A DNA stretch of 64,000 bases from Candidatus Neptunichlamydia sp. (GTDB taxonomy: Bacteria; Chlamydiota; Chlamydiia; Chlamydiales; Simkaniaceae), in assembly GCA_965233865.1 (NCBI GenBank), contig OZ247587.1, positions 448,001 to 512,000 on the forward strand. Direction: 5' to 3'. The stretch's first letter is position 1, and the number at the start of each line of letters is the position of its first letter. The position numbers were made by a program, and so were the translations under genes. Below the pieces are notes generated by a model. It saw only the letters and a list, made by a program, of their open reading frames with translations. It did no database searches and was not told where the DNA came from. Shown piece by piece: positions 48,227 to 58,712 of the stretch.

Positions 48227-50864
48227 ATGCCAATCGATTTTTTAACAGTTGAGCAAAAAGCGGGATATGGACGCTTTTCTTGCAGGCCCAATGAAACACA
48301 ATTGGCTCGTTATTTTTTGCTCGATGAAAATGATAGGGATTTCATTTCGAGATGCCGTTGAGATTCGAGAAAGGTCTGCTAATCGTCTATGGTGTAGGCT
48401 GTCTTCTCTTCCGAGCACAGGACAGAAGGCCCAGCTTGAAACATTATTGCAGTTGAAAGAACGCCAGAAAATTTCTTATCTCGATCATTATCGCAAAGGG
48501 CCTGTGACTGTAAGCGGTCCTTCTTTTAATGGAGCCATAGAACGGTTTAAAAGTTTAAAATCTTTTGGAATCCAAGAGATCAATTTTTCTTATGTTCCTC
48601 CAGTAAGGTTAAAGGTTCTTGGGCGTTATGCCAGCATGGCATCAGCATACAAGATCTCTAGGATGTCTGATGAAAAACGGATTGCAACGCTTCTCGCTTT
48701 TACCAAAGCTTTTGAGATCATTGCTTTGGATGAGGCTCTTGATGTTTTAGATTTGCTGGTTACGGAGATAGCAGGGGAGGCAAAAAAGATTGGACAAAAG
48801 AAGCGTTTACGTACTCTGAAAGATCTTGATAGATCAGCACTTTCTCTAGCAGAAGCGTGTCACTGGGTATTAGATGATACTGTTCCAGATGAAAATCTGA
48901 GAAAAATGATATTTGCTTCTGTTCCTCGAGAAAAAATGGCGGATTCGGTAAAGACTGTGAATGACTTAGCTCGTCCCCCTGATGATGACTTTCATGATGA
49001 GCTTGTTGAACAATACGGACGTGTTCGAAGATTTTTGCCTCACTTACTGAATCACGTTGAATTTAAAGCTGCACCTGGAGGAAAGGCTGTTTTAGATGTG
49101 TTTGATTACCTAAAAAATATAGGAATCTTCCGTAAGCATTTTTTAGAAGATCCTCCTCTTGATATAGTCTCTCCTGCTTGGGAGCGACTCGTCATAGATC
49201 AAGATGGAAAAGTGAATAAAAAAGGGTATGTTCTCTGTTTTTTAGATCGGCTTCAAGATGCTCTTCGCAGAAGAGATATTTATGTCGAAGGTAGTGATCG
49301 ATGAGGAGATACCAGGGCAAAACTTCTTCAAGGATCTGAGTGGCAAGCAAACCGCATTCAGGTTTACAGATCTCTAGGACATCCCCTTAACCCAAAAGAA
49401 GCTGTTAATGGATTAGCAAGCCAGCTGGATGGAGCTTACAAGAATATCATTGCAAATTTTCAAACTAATGAAAAAGTTCGTGTTGATTATTCTTCTAAGC
49501 GACCTTCTTTGACAATCACCCACTTGGATAAAATAGATGAGCCTCCCAGCCTTAAAAAGCTTAAAGAAGAAGTCCAAGCTTTGCTTCCAAAGGTTGATCT
49601 CACAGAGCTTTTATTAGAGGTTCATACTCATACGGGGTTTGCTGATGAATTTACCCATGTTAGTGAGTCCAATGCTAAAGCCGACGATATTGCGGTTAGC
49701 ATTTGCGCTGTTCTGATGTCAGAGGCTTGTAATATTGGAATAGAACCGCTAGTAAAACATCACGTTCCCGCTCTCACAAGACACCGATTAAGTTGGGTGA
49801 AACAGAATTATCTTCGTGCTGAAACTCTCGTTAAGTCGAATGCAAGACTTGTTGATTACCAATCCACTCTTTCTCTCCCTAAAAAATGGGGAGGAGGGGA
49901 GGTCGCTTCAGCAGATGGAATACGTTTTGTTACACCGATTCGAACGATCAATGCAGGACTTAACAGAAAATATTTCGGCTCAAAAAAGGGGATCACTTGG
50001 TACAACTTCATCTCGGATCAATACTCAGGATTCCATGGAATTGTTGTTCCCGGGACTTTGAGAGATTCAATCTTTGTTCTGGAAGGTTTGTTAGAGCAAC
50101 AAACAGGGCTAAACCCTACAGAAATTATGACAGATACTTCTGGAGTAAGCGATCTGATCTTTGGGCTTTTTTGGCTTTTAGGATACCAGTTTTCTCCAAG
50201 GCTTGCCGATGCAGGAGAGGCTGTTTTCTGGAGAATAGATAAAAACGCAGATTATGGACCTCTAGACGAGATAGCGCGTAGCTGTGTCAATACTCGCCGA
50301 ATTGAAGAGCATTGGGATGACATGATGAGGATCGGTGGATCACTAAAGATAGGGACAGTTCAAGCCTCAGAACTCATTCGTTCCCTATTGAAAAGTGATA
50401 AGCCTTCAAGTTTAACTCAGGCGATTATTGATCTTGGAAGGATCAACAAGACCCTTTATCTCCTCAACTATATCGATGATGAAGACTATCGCCGCCGAAT
50501 ACTGAATCAGTTAAACAGAGGAGAAGGAAGGCACAGCATGGCTCGAGTCATCTGCCATGGTCAGAGAGGTGAAATTCGCAAGCGTTACCGCGAGGGTCAA
50601 GAAGATCAACTGGGAGCTCTCGGCTTAGTGATCAATGCGGCTGTCCTATGGAACACAATTTATATGGAGGAATCTTTGAAGCATTTGCAAGACGAATTCT
50701 TTGAGATCAGAGAAGAAGATGAAGCAAGGCTATCCCCTCTTGTTCATGAGCATATTAACGTTTTAGGTCATTACTCTTTTACACTGTCGGATAGTGTACT
50801 CAAGGGAGGGCTAAGACCGCTAAATAAAATGGGTGAATATGTTGAGAAAAACTTTCGAATGTAA
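48227..50864 (+). pseudogene. tnpA: Tn3-family transposase, disrupted
   Basis: Starts MPIDFLTVEQKAGYGRF...QLARYF. A deletion plus frameshift near 48355 removes roughly 120 codons. A TGA at 49302-49304 replaces the W of SDRWGDPR. The C-terminus retains ASADG, IMTDT and LNRGEGRH. Confidence 0.93.
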
Positions 50865-50941
50865 TTGTTTAAAGATTAATTACTTAAGTTGCAATTTTAG
50901 GTCCTTAGCGTACGTTTTCGGTCGGATGGGCTACGGACCCC
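50863..50941 (-). repeat. Right terminal inverted repeat
   Basis: Reverse complement reads GGGGTCCGTAGCCCATCCGACCGAAAACGTACGCTAAG plus a 41-bp extension matching the left end. Confidence 0.9.
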
Positions 50942-50957
50942 TAAAAAGAGAAAAAAA

Positions 50958-51581
50958 ATGGCAAAAACAAGAAAAAAATATTCTGCCAAATTTAAGCTAA
51001 AGGTGGTGTTCGAAGTTTTAAAAGGAGAGAAAACAGCGGGAGAGCTTGCTGAGAAATTTGAAGTTCACCCTTTAGTTCCTGGAGGGTGGAAAAGGCACTT
51101 TAAAGCCACTGCAGTTCAAATTTTTGAGAAAAGCAATAAGCGTTTGATTAGCAAAGAAAAAGAGCAAGAAAAGGGAGGGTTATTTGAGCAAATTGGAAGG
51201 CTTAAAAAAGTACACGGCTTTGAGTTAGCTCTGAGAAAATCTCTTATAGATGCAGGTGATAGTGAGCTATCACAGAGAAAGCAATGCGAGCTTCTGGGAT
51301 TAAATAGATCAACCCTATACTACGTTGAAACTATTTCTAGGGAAGCAGACTTAGACTTAATAAAAACAATTGATAAAGAATACCTTAGAAACCCATTTTA
51401 TGGGAGACGTAGGATGACATTAGAAATGCGCGACCAAGCCTTTTTTGTTGGAGAAAAAAGAGTGAGAACTGCCATGAAAAGAATGGGATTGGAAGCGATT
51501 TATCCAAAGCCTAATTTGAGCAAGCCACATCAAGACCACAAGAAGTATCCATATCTAATGAGGTCTGTAAAGTCAGGTTGA
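50958..51581 (+). pseudogene. IS3-family transposase remnant (OrfA fused to truncated OrfB)
   Basis: RKKYSAKFKLKVV...ELAEKFEVHP...WK HTH; then LSQRKQCELLGLNRSTLYY, PFYGRRRM and YPKPNLS...HKKYPYL. It stops before the DDE domain. Confidence 0.88.
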
Positions 51582-51690
51582 TCCTTTTCGTAAGGTGATA
51601 TCATTACTATTTCAGAAAAAACATTTCCAATGTCATTTGAAATAACAACCCCTATTTTCCCGTAAAGAGCCCCTCTTTTGGATAGCTGAA
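51580..51690 (-). pseudogene. MazF/PemK toxin fragment
   Basis: Minus frame reads SKRGALYGKIGVVISNDIGNVFSEIVMISP, matching the KRG...VVISND.GN..S..V...P pattern with the middle segment missing. Confidence 0.5.
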
Positions 51691-51900
51691 TTAGACTAGC
51701 CTCAGACCTCTTAGTAGAAAATTTTGGATATTTTATCCTTTGCTTACCCGCAAACTTTCCGTGTGCTGTTTATTTCTTTGTGGGCAATATTTTTTAATCA
51801 ATTCATATAAAAACACTTATGGAAAGCACAGAGAGCAACCAAATTCAAATCTTTTTTGAAGGTTCGAGATAGGAAAGAAAGCGGAAGATCTCTAAGAGGG

Positions 51901-52461
51901 TTAGTTTAGATCGAGATTTTCTGGTATGAGGGAGAGGGTTTTGTATTTCCCTCCCATTTCCCGAAGGAGGGTTTGCCAAAGGGTTTCAGGAGGCGTTTGA
52001 AAGAGGTACTTGCTTTTGGCAGGGCATAGGTACCAAGCACCATTGAGGAACTCCCGTTCTAGGACACCTGAGTCCCATCCTCCATAGCCAAAACAAACGA
52101 GGGTAAGGGGGGAGTCTCTTTCCTCTTCTTGAAGCATTTCCATATCTCCATTTAAATAAATGCCAGCGCTAACTTGAAGGCTTGTCTCATCTTCATATCC
52201 TTGGTTTTGAAGGAGCATGATCTGATTGGGTTGATTGGGGCCACCAGCGCGCATTTCGACAGGACCTTCTCCATTGCTGATTCCAAGAAAATCATCCTCT
52301 ACTTCAATGTCTAGGGGTTTATTGATAATGAGACCGAAGGATCCTACAGCGCTATGATCACACAAAAGGACTACACTGCGGTAAAAGCTTCCACTTTCAA
52401 CATCTGGGCTGGCAATAAGAAAAGTTCCCTTCTTAAGCTTTGAGTAAGGTATGTTCTTCAT
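51901..52461 (-). CDS. YqgE/AlgH family protein
   Basis: FLIASP, FYRSVVLLCDH, GLIINKP, GGP and GYGGW...LERE motifs. Confidence 0.9.
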   Translation of the reverse strand: MKNIPYSKLKKGTFLIASPDVESGSFYRSVVLLCDHSAVGSFGLIINKPLDIEVEDDFLGISNGEGPVEMRAGGPNQPNQIMLLQNQGYEDETSLQVSAGIYLNGDMEMLQEEERDSPLTLVCFGYGGWDSGVLEREFLNGAWYLCPAKSKYLFQTPPETLWQTLLREMGGKYKTLSLIPENLDLN

Positions 52462-52486
52462 AACTTACCCATAGCAGAGAAGTCTA

Positions 52487-53695
52487 TTATTGTACTAGTT
52501 CTTCGGCACTCTGGAGCTGTTCATTATAGAGCCTCAGATTGTCGTAAAGAGCCTGAGATCGACGCATAAGTTCTGCGAAGTCTCTTTGGAACGCGTTGGT
52601 ATCAAAGATTTGCTGACTATCAGGACTATTCTCAGCCCGTTCGACAAGCATGGAGAGCCGAGACATTGAGGTATTGATGAGGTCAACTTCTTTATTGAAG
52701 TAGTTGCGGAAACTTTGTGGAGTATTGAGAGCATTGAGGATAGTTGCCTGTTTGAGGCGCGTTCTTTGCCACTCTTTATTGAGGTTGAAGAAGAATCCGT
52801 AATGGTTAACATCGTTCATGGTGGTGTCAAGTTTGCTGAGGATGGCGGTGGCGCGGAGGTAGGTATCTTCATCCATAAAGAGTTTACCGAGGGTTCCCTT
52901 TCCGCTGGCAATAGAATTCATCACGTGGTCAAAGGAGTAGCTAGCTTTCTTAGTATTGCGAAGCGTAACGGCAAGGTTTCTGAAGGCATCTTCGCTATTA
53001 AGATCATCCATAGCCGAGTGGATATCGCGCATAGCGACAGCAAAGTTTTGAACACCGAGTTTGACTTCATCGATCAAGTGGGTTTGGTTGACGCGGGTAA
53101 GGGTGGTTGTAGCTTCGGTCATTGCATCGTCAAAGGCTCGGATAGCGCTGCCAAGTTCATGCCCATTTTGGTCAATCCAGGCAATCACTTTATCGAGAGT
53201 TTCCTCGACTTTATCAGAGAGTTGCGATAACTCATTAAATGCACTTTCAAGAGGGTCTACTGATTCGGCATAGATGGGGGTCTTTGAGGTCATAAGCGTG
53301 GGTTTGACTCCTTTTGGGGGAGTGCGAGGAATGATAGCAATCGATTTTTCCCCAAGCAGGCCAGAGGTTTGAACGGTGATTTCATCTGTATTGTAAACAT
53401 GGACGCTCGAATCGAGATGAAGGATAAGTTGGTAAAAGTAAATTTGGCCGAGTTCATCAGTAGGCTGCTCGCGGGCATGAGGAATCTGTTGGATTGCAAC
53501 TACTTCTCCCACAGGTTTTCCGGCAAACATTACACGGGTTCCAAGAGATAGGCCATTGACATTGGAGAACCGAACAATGAGGGTTTCTTTCCCATCACCG
53601 ACACTGGGTTCAAGAAAGAGAATGATGCCCACAACAAGTGCGCAGGCCACCACCACAAAAAGCCCAATGAACATGTTCTTCATATAATCAATCAT
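52487..53695 (-). CDS. mlaD: MCE/MlaD family protein with long helical extension
   Basis: IGLFV anchor; FSNVNGLSLGTRVMFAGKPVGEV and TSGLLGEKSI motifs. Confidence 0.88.
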   Translation of the reverse strand: MIDYMKNMFIGLFVVVACALVVGIILFLEPSVGDGKETLIVRFSNVNGLSLGTRVMFAGKPVGEVVAIQQIPHAREQPTDELGQIYFYQLILHLDSSVHVYNTDEITVQTSGLLGEKSIAIIPRTPPKGVKPTLMTSKTPIYAESVDPLESAFNELSQLSDKVEETLDKVIAWIDQNGHELGSAIRAFDDAMTEATTTLTRVNQTHLIDEVKLGVQNFAVAMRDIHSAMDDLNSEDAFRNLAVTLRNTKKASYSFDHVMNSIASGKGTLGKLFMDEDTYLRATAILSKLDTTMNDVNHYGFFFNLNKEWQRTRLKQATILNALNTPQSFRNYFNKEVDLINTSMSRLSMLVERAENSPDSQQIFDTNAFQRDFAELMRRSQALYDNLRLYNEQLQSAEELVQ

Positions 53696-53696
53696 C

Positions 53697-54476
53697 TCAT
53701 TTCCTCCTAAATGTCCTCGGATCCTCTGATATGGTTTTCCGTAAAAATTCTATAATCGGGTCGTTGATTTTTAAAAATGTGTCAGGTTCATCGATATACG
53801 CGATTCTTCCATCCTTGTGAAGAGCTAAGCGGTCTCCAACGACAAGAGAAGAGATAATATCGTGAGTGACCACAATGCTTGTTGCTTTTAATTCTTCTTG
53901 AGTTTTAAGGATGAGTTCATTGATCTGCATCGCCGTAATAGGATCGAGTCCCGTAGTTGGTTCATCATACAATAAATACTTTGGGCGGTAAACAACTAAC
54001 CGGGCTAGACCGGCGCGCTTCTTCATACCACCCGAGAGATCCGAAGGCATTTTTTTTTGAGTTCCTTCTAGATCAACCATACGGAGGGCTTCATCTACGC
54101 GATCGTTAATTTCACTCTTCGAGTATTTTTTTCCTGTTTCGATATCTCCATGTTGGCGCAAGAAAAAAGCGGTATTGTCTTCGATATTCATTGAATCAAA
54201 AAGAGCTGCCCCTTGGAAGAGCATTCCCATTTCGAGATTTGCTTTATACCGCTTTTCTCCGCGCAAATCAGAGATTCGGACTCCATCCACCTCGATGTAT
54301 CCCTTATCGGCGTGAGAAATTCCAATGATATGCTTTAGCAGGACACTTTTCCCTACCCCTGAGCGTCCTAAAATAACAAGGGTTTCCCCTTTTTTGACAG
54401 TTAGGGTAAGCCCTTTCAATACTTCGTTTCCTTCAAAGGCTTTCCACAGATCATGAATGTCTATCATGCGAACCAC
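53697..54476 (-). CDS. mlaF: MCE-system ABC ATPase
   Basis: GRSGVGKS, MLFQGAALFDSM, LSGGMKKR and YDEPTTGLDP motifs. Confidence 0.9.
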   Translation of the reverse strand: MVRMIDIHDLWKAFEGNEVLKGLTLTVKKGETLVILGRSGVGKSVLLKHIIGISHADKGYIEVDGVRISDLRGEKRYKANLEMGMLFQGAALFDSMNIEDNTAFFLRQHGDIETGKKYSKSEINDRVDEALRMVDLEGTQKKMPSDLSGGMKKRAGLARLVVYRPKYLLYDEPTTGLDPITAMQINELILKTQEELKATSIVVTHDIISSLVVGDRLALHKDGRIAYIDEPDTFLKINDPIIEFLRKTISEDPRTFRRK

Positions 54477-55249
54477 CCTGTCGCGTTTTGAAGCATATTA
54501 AGGCCAAGGGTAATGAGAAAGTTAGTAAAGAGAATAAAGGTATAGCAAACAACCACGCTATTTGTAGTAGAGCGTCCTACTCCTTCAGCGCCTCCTGAGG
54601 TTTTCAACCCTTTGTAGCAAGAAATTGTTACAATTAAAACCCCGAATACAAAAGCCTTTACGATACCGATTAAGAGGTCAAAGTTGGTGATATAGATCGG
54701 CATGGGGTCAAAATACGTTGTCGGAGGGAGCTTAAAGTAAAAGACCGAAATCAAATACCCACCAAAAATTCCCATAAAGATGCTGAAGACGGTCAAAAGT
54801 GGCATCATTACCATTCCAGAGATAAAGCGGGGAGAGATAAGGTAGCGATTGGGATCAACAGCCATGGTTTCGAGGGCATCCACTTGCTCTGTAACACGCA
54901 TGGTTCCTAGCTCGGCGCACATTGCAGCTCCAACGCGTCCTGTTACCATAAAAGCAGTAAGGACCGGTCCGAGCTCGGTAATCATTGCTTTTCCGACCAT
55001 AAGCCCTGTTGCACCAGCAAGGCCTTTGTCGCTGAGCTGAAAAAAGGATTGGGCAGCCAAAACAAGCCCAGTTGAAAACCCCGTCATCGCAACAACAGGA
55101 AGAGAGAGGACCCCGATGTTATAGAGTTGTTCGCGAATAAGGGCCCAACTTGGGGGGCTCTTGAAAGTGGCCACTGTGACATTCCAGATGAGGAATACAA
55201 ACTCACCCGTTGCTTCTAAAAAATTAAGTTTACTTAGTAAAAAGCGCAT
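54464..55249 (-). CDS. mlaE: MCE-system ABC permease
   Basis: ELGPVLTA, GRVGAAMCAELGTMRVTEQVDAL and GGAEGVGRSTT motifs. Confidence 0.93.
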   Translation of the reverse strand: MRFLLSKLNFLEATGEFVFLIWNVTVATFKSPPSWALIREQLYNIGVLSLPVVAMTGFSTGLVLAAQSFFQLSDKGLAGATGLMVGKAMITELGPVLTAFMVTGRVGAAMCAELGTMRVTEQVDALETMAVDPNRYLISPRFISGMVMMPLLTVFSIFMGIFGGYLISVFYFKLPPTTYFDPMPIYITNFDLLIGIVKAFVFGVLIVTISCYKGLKTSGGAEGVGRSTTNSVVVCYTFILFTNFLITLGLNMLQNATGWFA

Positions 55250-55255
55250 GTGTAC

Positions 55256-55285
55256 ATCATACTATTATCATGAACCTCAATGCAA
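55256..55285 (-). promoter_or_regulatory. Putative promoter of a leaderless mlaE transcript
   Basis: Minus strand TTGCAT, 18-bp spacer, TATGAT, ending 6 nt before the ATG. Confidence 0.45.
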
Positions 55286-55380
55286 GTTTGAATTTTATAT
55301 TTATGGTTAAATGAGCTGAGAATTGAATTGCGCGTCTAGCAAGACGGGGGATGTATACAAGAAAGGTGGTCTTGTCAAAG

Positions 55381-55404
55381 AAAAGCCACAATTACTTGTG
55401 GCTT
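55381..55404 (-). terminator. Rho-independent terminator of the chaperone-translocator operon
   Basis: Minus strand AAGCCACAA-GTAA-TTGTGGCTT followed by TT, about 17 nt after the stop at 55422. Confidence 0.7.
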
Positions 55405-55421
55405 AGAAGTTGTGTATCAAA

Positions 55422-56258
55422 TTATCCCGCTTTACCCATTAGGATCTCACCTTGAGCTCTAATGAGCTGTTTTGCTGTATCGGACGCGTTATCAACAGCT
55501 TGCTTATCGGAAGTCTGTTGTTGAGAGGTATTCTGGTATTCAGATGTGTGGGTCTGAACTTCGTGTTGAAACAGAGAATCTTTAGTTCCAAGATTATACT
55601 GTTCCGCTTGAGTCATTGCTGATGCAAAATCAGACGCTCCTTTACTAAGCGAGCCAGAAAGCGGCTGAAGAGAATCTTTAATTGCATTCTCAGCCCACTC
55701 TTTACCTTTTTGGAGATTCACTTCCTTTCCATCGGATAATCCCTGTAGATTTGCACCAAAAGTATTCAGCATTTTAAACCAACCATTCTGATCAAAGTGT
55801 CCTAAAGCTTTGCCTAATGGGGTATGCCATCCATTGCTTACACCAATACTGGCAAAGGTATGGACTTGCCCTGCCATTACAGCCATAAGTTGCCAATTTT
55901 GGTTTCCATTGATATTTTCCTTAGACTGAAGATTATTTGCGGATTGTTTGTCAGAAACAGCTTTCCATTCCTTTTTAATGAGCTTATTTGTTTCTTTGCT
56001 TGAATCAGAAGATTCTCTGAGTGTTTCCATCACAATTTTCATGATTTTAAAAGTTGTGATCATGCTGTTTTTTGCTTTGGGAAGCGAAGCTCCGTGTGTT
56101 TTTTGAGCGTCGGCTTTAGCGACTTCCATTAGGGCATCTTTCACACTGTTAAAGTGCGTCATAGTTGCCGAATCAAGAGCCAATCCTTTGACTTTCTCTT
56201 CATCTCTTTCAATCGACTTAAAGCCGACCGATTGAACGGTGTTTTCTGTATTAGACAT
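55422..56258 (-). CDS. Putative type III minor translocator (CopD-like, by position)
   Basis: Helical Ser/Gln/Ala-rich protein with one weak hydrophobic segment; last gene of the SycD operon. Confidence 0.45.
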   Translation of the reverse strand: MSNTENTVQSVGFKSIERDEEKVKGLALDSATMTHFNSVKDALMEVAKADAQKTHGASLPKAKNSMITTFKIMKIVMETLRESSDSSKETNKLIKKEWKAVSDKQSANNLQSKENINGNQNWQLMAVMAGQVHTFASIGVSNGWHTPLGKALGHFDQNGWFKMLNTFGANLQGLSDGKEVNLQKGKEWAENAIKDSLQPLSGSLSKGASDFASAMTQAEQYNLGTKDSLFQHEVQTHTSEYQNTSQQQTSDKQAVDNASDTAKQLIRAQGEILMGKAG

Positions 56259-56280
56259 TGTTTATCCTCTCTATGACAAT

Positions 56281-57417
56281 TTAAGCTCTTGACCCTAGTG
56301 CAATGCGAGATTTAACTTCGTTTTCAGTGCGTAGGGCTTTGGTTGCTGCTCCAAGAAGATCGGAGCTTTCTTTAGAGGATGTGAATCCTCCAATAAGTTT
56401 CCGCATTGTAGTTTCATTATCTTCCCGTTGATATTGCAGGTTAATGTTTTTTGCATTCATTTCAAATCGACTAGCATTATTCTGATTGACTTTTCTTTGA
56501 ACTGCGTATTGAGCAATTCCACCAATTGAAGCATTGGCAAACCCAAATGCTTTCAGCGCACTGTCAAAGTCTTTTACACCTTTGGCTATTCCATAACCCG
56601 AGAGTAGATTACCGGCTAAGTCTATGAGTGGCGTAATTTTATGTTCATCAAAATACCTAGAAGAAATATTTCCTACTAAAGAGATGGCGCTACCAGCAAG
56701 CATTTGTATGCCGGGAATGGCCGATACACCACCATTAGTAAAGCTAGTACCAATCATAGCTGAGCCGGCTACGATTCCTGTGGCCGCTCCCAAATAACTG
56801 AGAAATTCTAAGCGGTAGGACCAGGTTTCCATATCTTTGCGGTTGCGGATTTGTTCTATTAAAAGTTCTAATTCTTTTTTATGGATCTCTTCTAAATTGG
56901 AGCTTGTTGCACTAAAGACTTCAAGCTGAAGCGACTGAGTTGTGGCTTGGTAATCAGTAATCATTCCAATGAGTTTTGCAAGGATTGCCCCTCCTTGTTT
57001 AGGAAGGTGAGCAAGCTCATCTTTGTCCCTTTGAGAGGAAACTTGATTATTGACTCGGTAGTTGTATCCAATCAGAGGCTCTGTCTGAGTAGATTTTGCC
57101 GCGACTGTGGGCTTTGGAAGGTCTGGCTTATTCTCTTTCTTCGCGCGCGGGGCGGCGAAAGCAGGTTGATCAAAGTTCACTGCAACTTCTTCTTCTGTCA
57201 AGGGGAGCATGCGCTGAATCTCTGGAAAGAGATCCGTAGATTGATCACCTTTAGAAGGTTTTAGAAGATCTAGAGCATTTTGATTTTCAATAGACCTCTT
57301 TTTGAGAGGGATCTTGTACCCCAAGTCTTGCTCATAAGTAGGCTTATTAATCGCGAAAAGGGGGCTTTCTACGCGTGCTTGATTCATTAGGCTCCTTTTT
57401 GTTCTTCTTGTTTCCAA
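56281..57417 (-). CDS. Putative type III major translocator (CopB-like)
   Basis: Pro-rich N-terminus, coiled coil, then a Gly/Ala hydrophobic hairpin (FLSYLGAATGIVAGSAMIG...MLAGSAISLVG); directly downstream of SycD. Confidence 0.55.
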   Translation of the reverse strand: METRRTKRSLMNQARVESPLFAINKPTYEQDLGYKIPLKKRSIENQNALDLLKPSKGDQSTDLFPEIQRMLPLTEEEVAVNFDQPAFAAPRAKKENKPDLPKPTVAAKSTQTEPLIGYNYRVNNQVSSQRDKDELAHLPKQGGAILAKLIGMITDYQATTQSLQLEVFSATSSNLEEIHKKELELLIEQIRNRKDMETWSYRLEFLSYLGAATGIVAGSAMIGTSFTNGGVSAIPGIQMLAGSAISLVGNISSRYFDEHKITPLIDLAGNLLSGYGIAKGVKDFDSALKAFGFANASIGGIAQYAVQRKVNQNNASRFEMNAKNINLQYQREDNETTMRKLIGGFTSSKESSDLLGAATKALRTENEVKSRIALGSRA

Positions 57418-57863
57418 GATGCATCTAATTCTTCTAACTTTGTCAGAAGGTGGGAATGTTCAGCTTTCAGATAGCTCTTGCAAGTATCCATTGCTTTCCT
57501 CCCTTCGATTTCATTTTCAAGAGCAAAATAACATTCTGCGGCATGCAGGTGGGGAATGGGGTCGTGTTCATTTAAGATCGATGCCATAGCCCAGGCTTTC
57601 AAGGCTTCTTGGTAATTTTTTTGCATCTGCCAGCAGGCACCAAGCCCCATCCAGTTCCTTTGAGAAAGGGATTCATGGCTTGCAAGACGTTGAAAGACGC
57701 GGATTGCCTCTTCATAGTCATCACTCTGATATAGGGTATAGGCGACTGAGTAAAGAACACTCAAGTCTTCGTTTGAATAACTCTTCGTGCGGTCTCCGTG
57801 GAGCAATAGGCCTAGGTTCTCCATGGCCTGTTCCACTTTAGCTTTACCCTGCGGCGTTAACAT
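57387..57863 (-). CDS. SycD/LcrH-family class II type III secretion chaperone
   Basis: TPR motifs LYSVAYTLY...YEEA..VF..L, WMGLGACWQ...YQEA and DPIPHLHAAECY. Confidence 0.9.
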   Translation of the reverse strand: MLTPQGKAKVEQAMENLGLLLHGDRTKSYSNEDLSVLYSVAYTLYQSDDYEEAIRVFQRLASHESLSQRNWMGLGACWQMQKNYQEALKAWAMASILNEHDPIPHLHAAECYFALENEIEGRKAMDTCKSYLKAEHSHLLTKLEELDASWKQEEQKGA

Positions 57864-58372
57864 TACATTCCTCTAGAGGCTTGTGCAAGTCTTCCTAAGT
57901 GTTGCGTGTGGGATTTTTGGCTTTCATTCAAACAGTTGAAGATCGCAAGAGACATATTCACTTTCAAGAAGAGCATCTGAGTAGAGTCTTGAGTTTTTGT
58001 TTTGTGATTCGTTTCTAAATTATCTACATGGGATAGAATTTCAGTAAGCTGCTCTTTAGTAACTGCTTCGAGCTTTTCTAAATCGAGATCCTTAATAGTG
58101 AAGGTTTTTCCTTCGCCATAGGTTTTTTCAAATAAATTTTTGAAATCTAGAATAGCATCGACAATACGTCTTCCGTCAGCCATATCTCCAGTGAGATCAA
58201 AAGGGCCATCTTTAGTTTTTTCTTTCGATAGATGTGTTTTTAGGGGGAGAAGAATTTCAATGAGTTCTTGATTGAGTCTCTCAACGTGTTTACCGATTTG
58301 GGTATACTCTTCAGTCTCGAGATCACTTTTTCGCATTCCTAAATTAGCAACTTCTGCAGCTAAGCATGGCAT
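57863..58372 (-). CDS. Hypothetical helical protein, first gene of the SycD operon
   Basis: 169 aa, GAGG RBS, stop overlaps the chaperone start. Confidence 0.7.
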   Translation of the reverse strand: MPCLAAEVANLGMRKSDLETEEYTQIGKHVERLNQELIEILLPLKTHLSKEKTKDGPFDLTGDMADGRRIVDAILDFKNLFEKTYGEGKTFTIKDLDLEKLEAVTKEQLTEILSHVDNLETNHKTKTQDSTQMLFLKVNMSLAIFNCLNESQKSHTQHLGRLAQASRGM

Positions 58373-58712
58373 AACTTGTACCTCTCAAATTATTTAAACA
58401 TCTTTTCAGGATTTTTTATTGGGCGAGTTTTATCAGTTAATTTTATTATGCTCGATCCCTGCCTGCAGTTAAGATTATAACCAAAATTCTATTTACTCGC
58501 TATGTAAATGAAGAACCTAACGGATTAAAAAAAAACATTCACCTCTAGATCTTAGTAACTCATTTATATTTAATAGCTTGAGGAATTTAGTGTGAAAAAT
58601 GTTTTTTTTGAAAAAAATTATCGAGATTAACGCATCATAATAAATTTTATACTTAATAATTCATATTAAGATTAAAATCTATCGAGAATCAGAAGATGGA
58701 TTAAAATAATTA

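Noticed and set aside
48249..50864. Two separate transposase ORFs in the ORF track
   Set aside because: They are fragments of one disrupted tnpA starting at 48227.
52715..53230. Long antisense ORFs (171 aa here; also 27508-28005 and 25932-26411)
   Set aside because: Shadow frames opposite well-supported genes, with no independent coding evidence.
58525..58612. Imperfect inverted repeat upstream of the SycD operon
   Set aside because: Dominated by A/T homopolymers and likely chance in AT-rich DNA.
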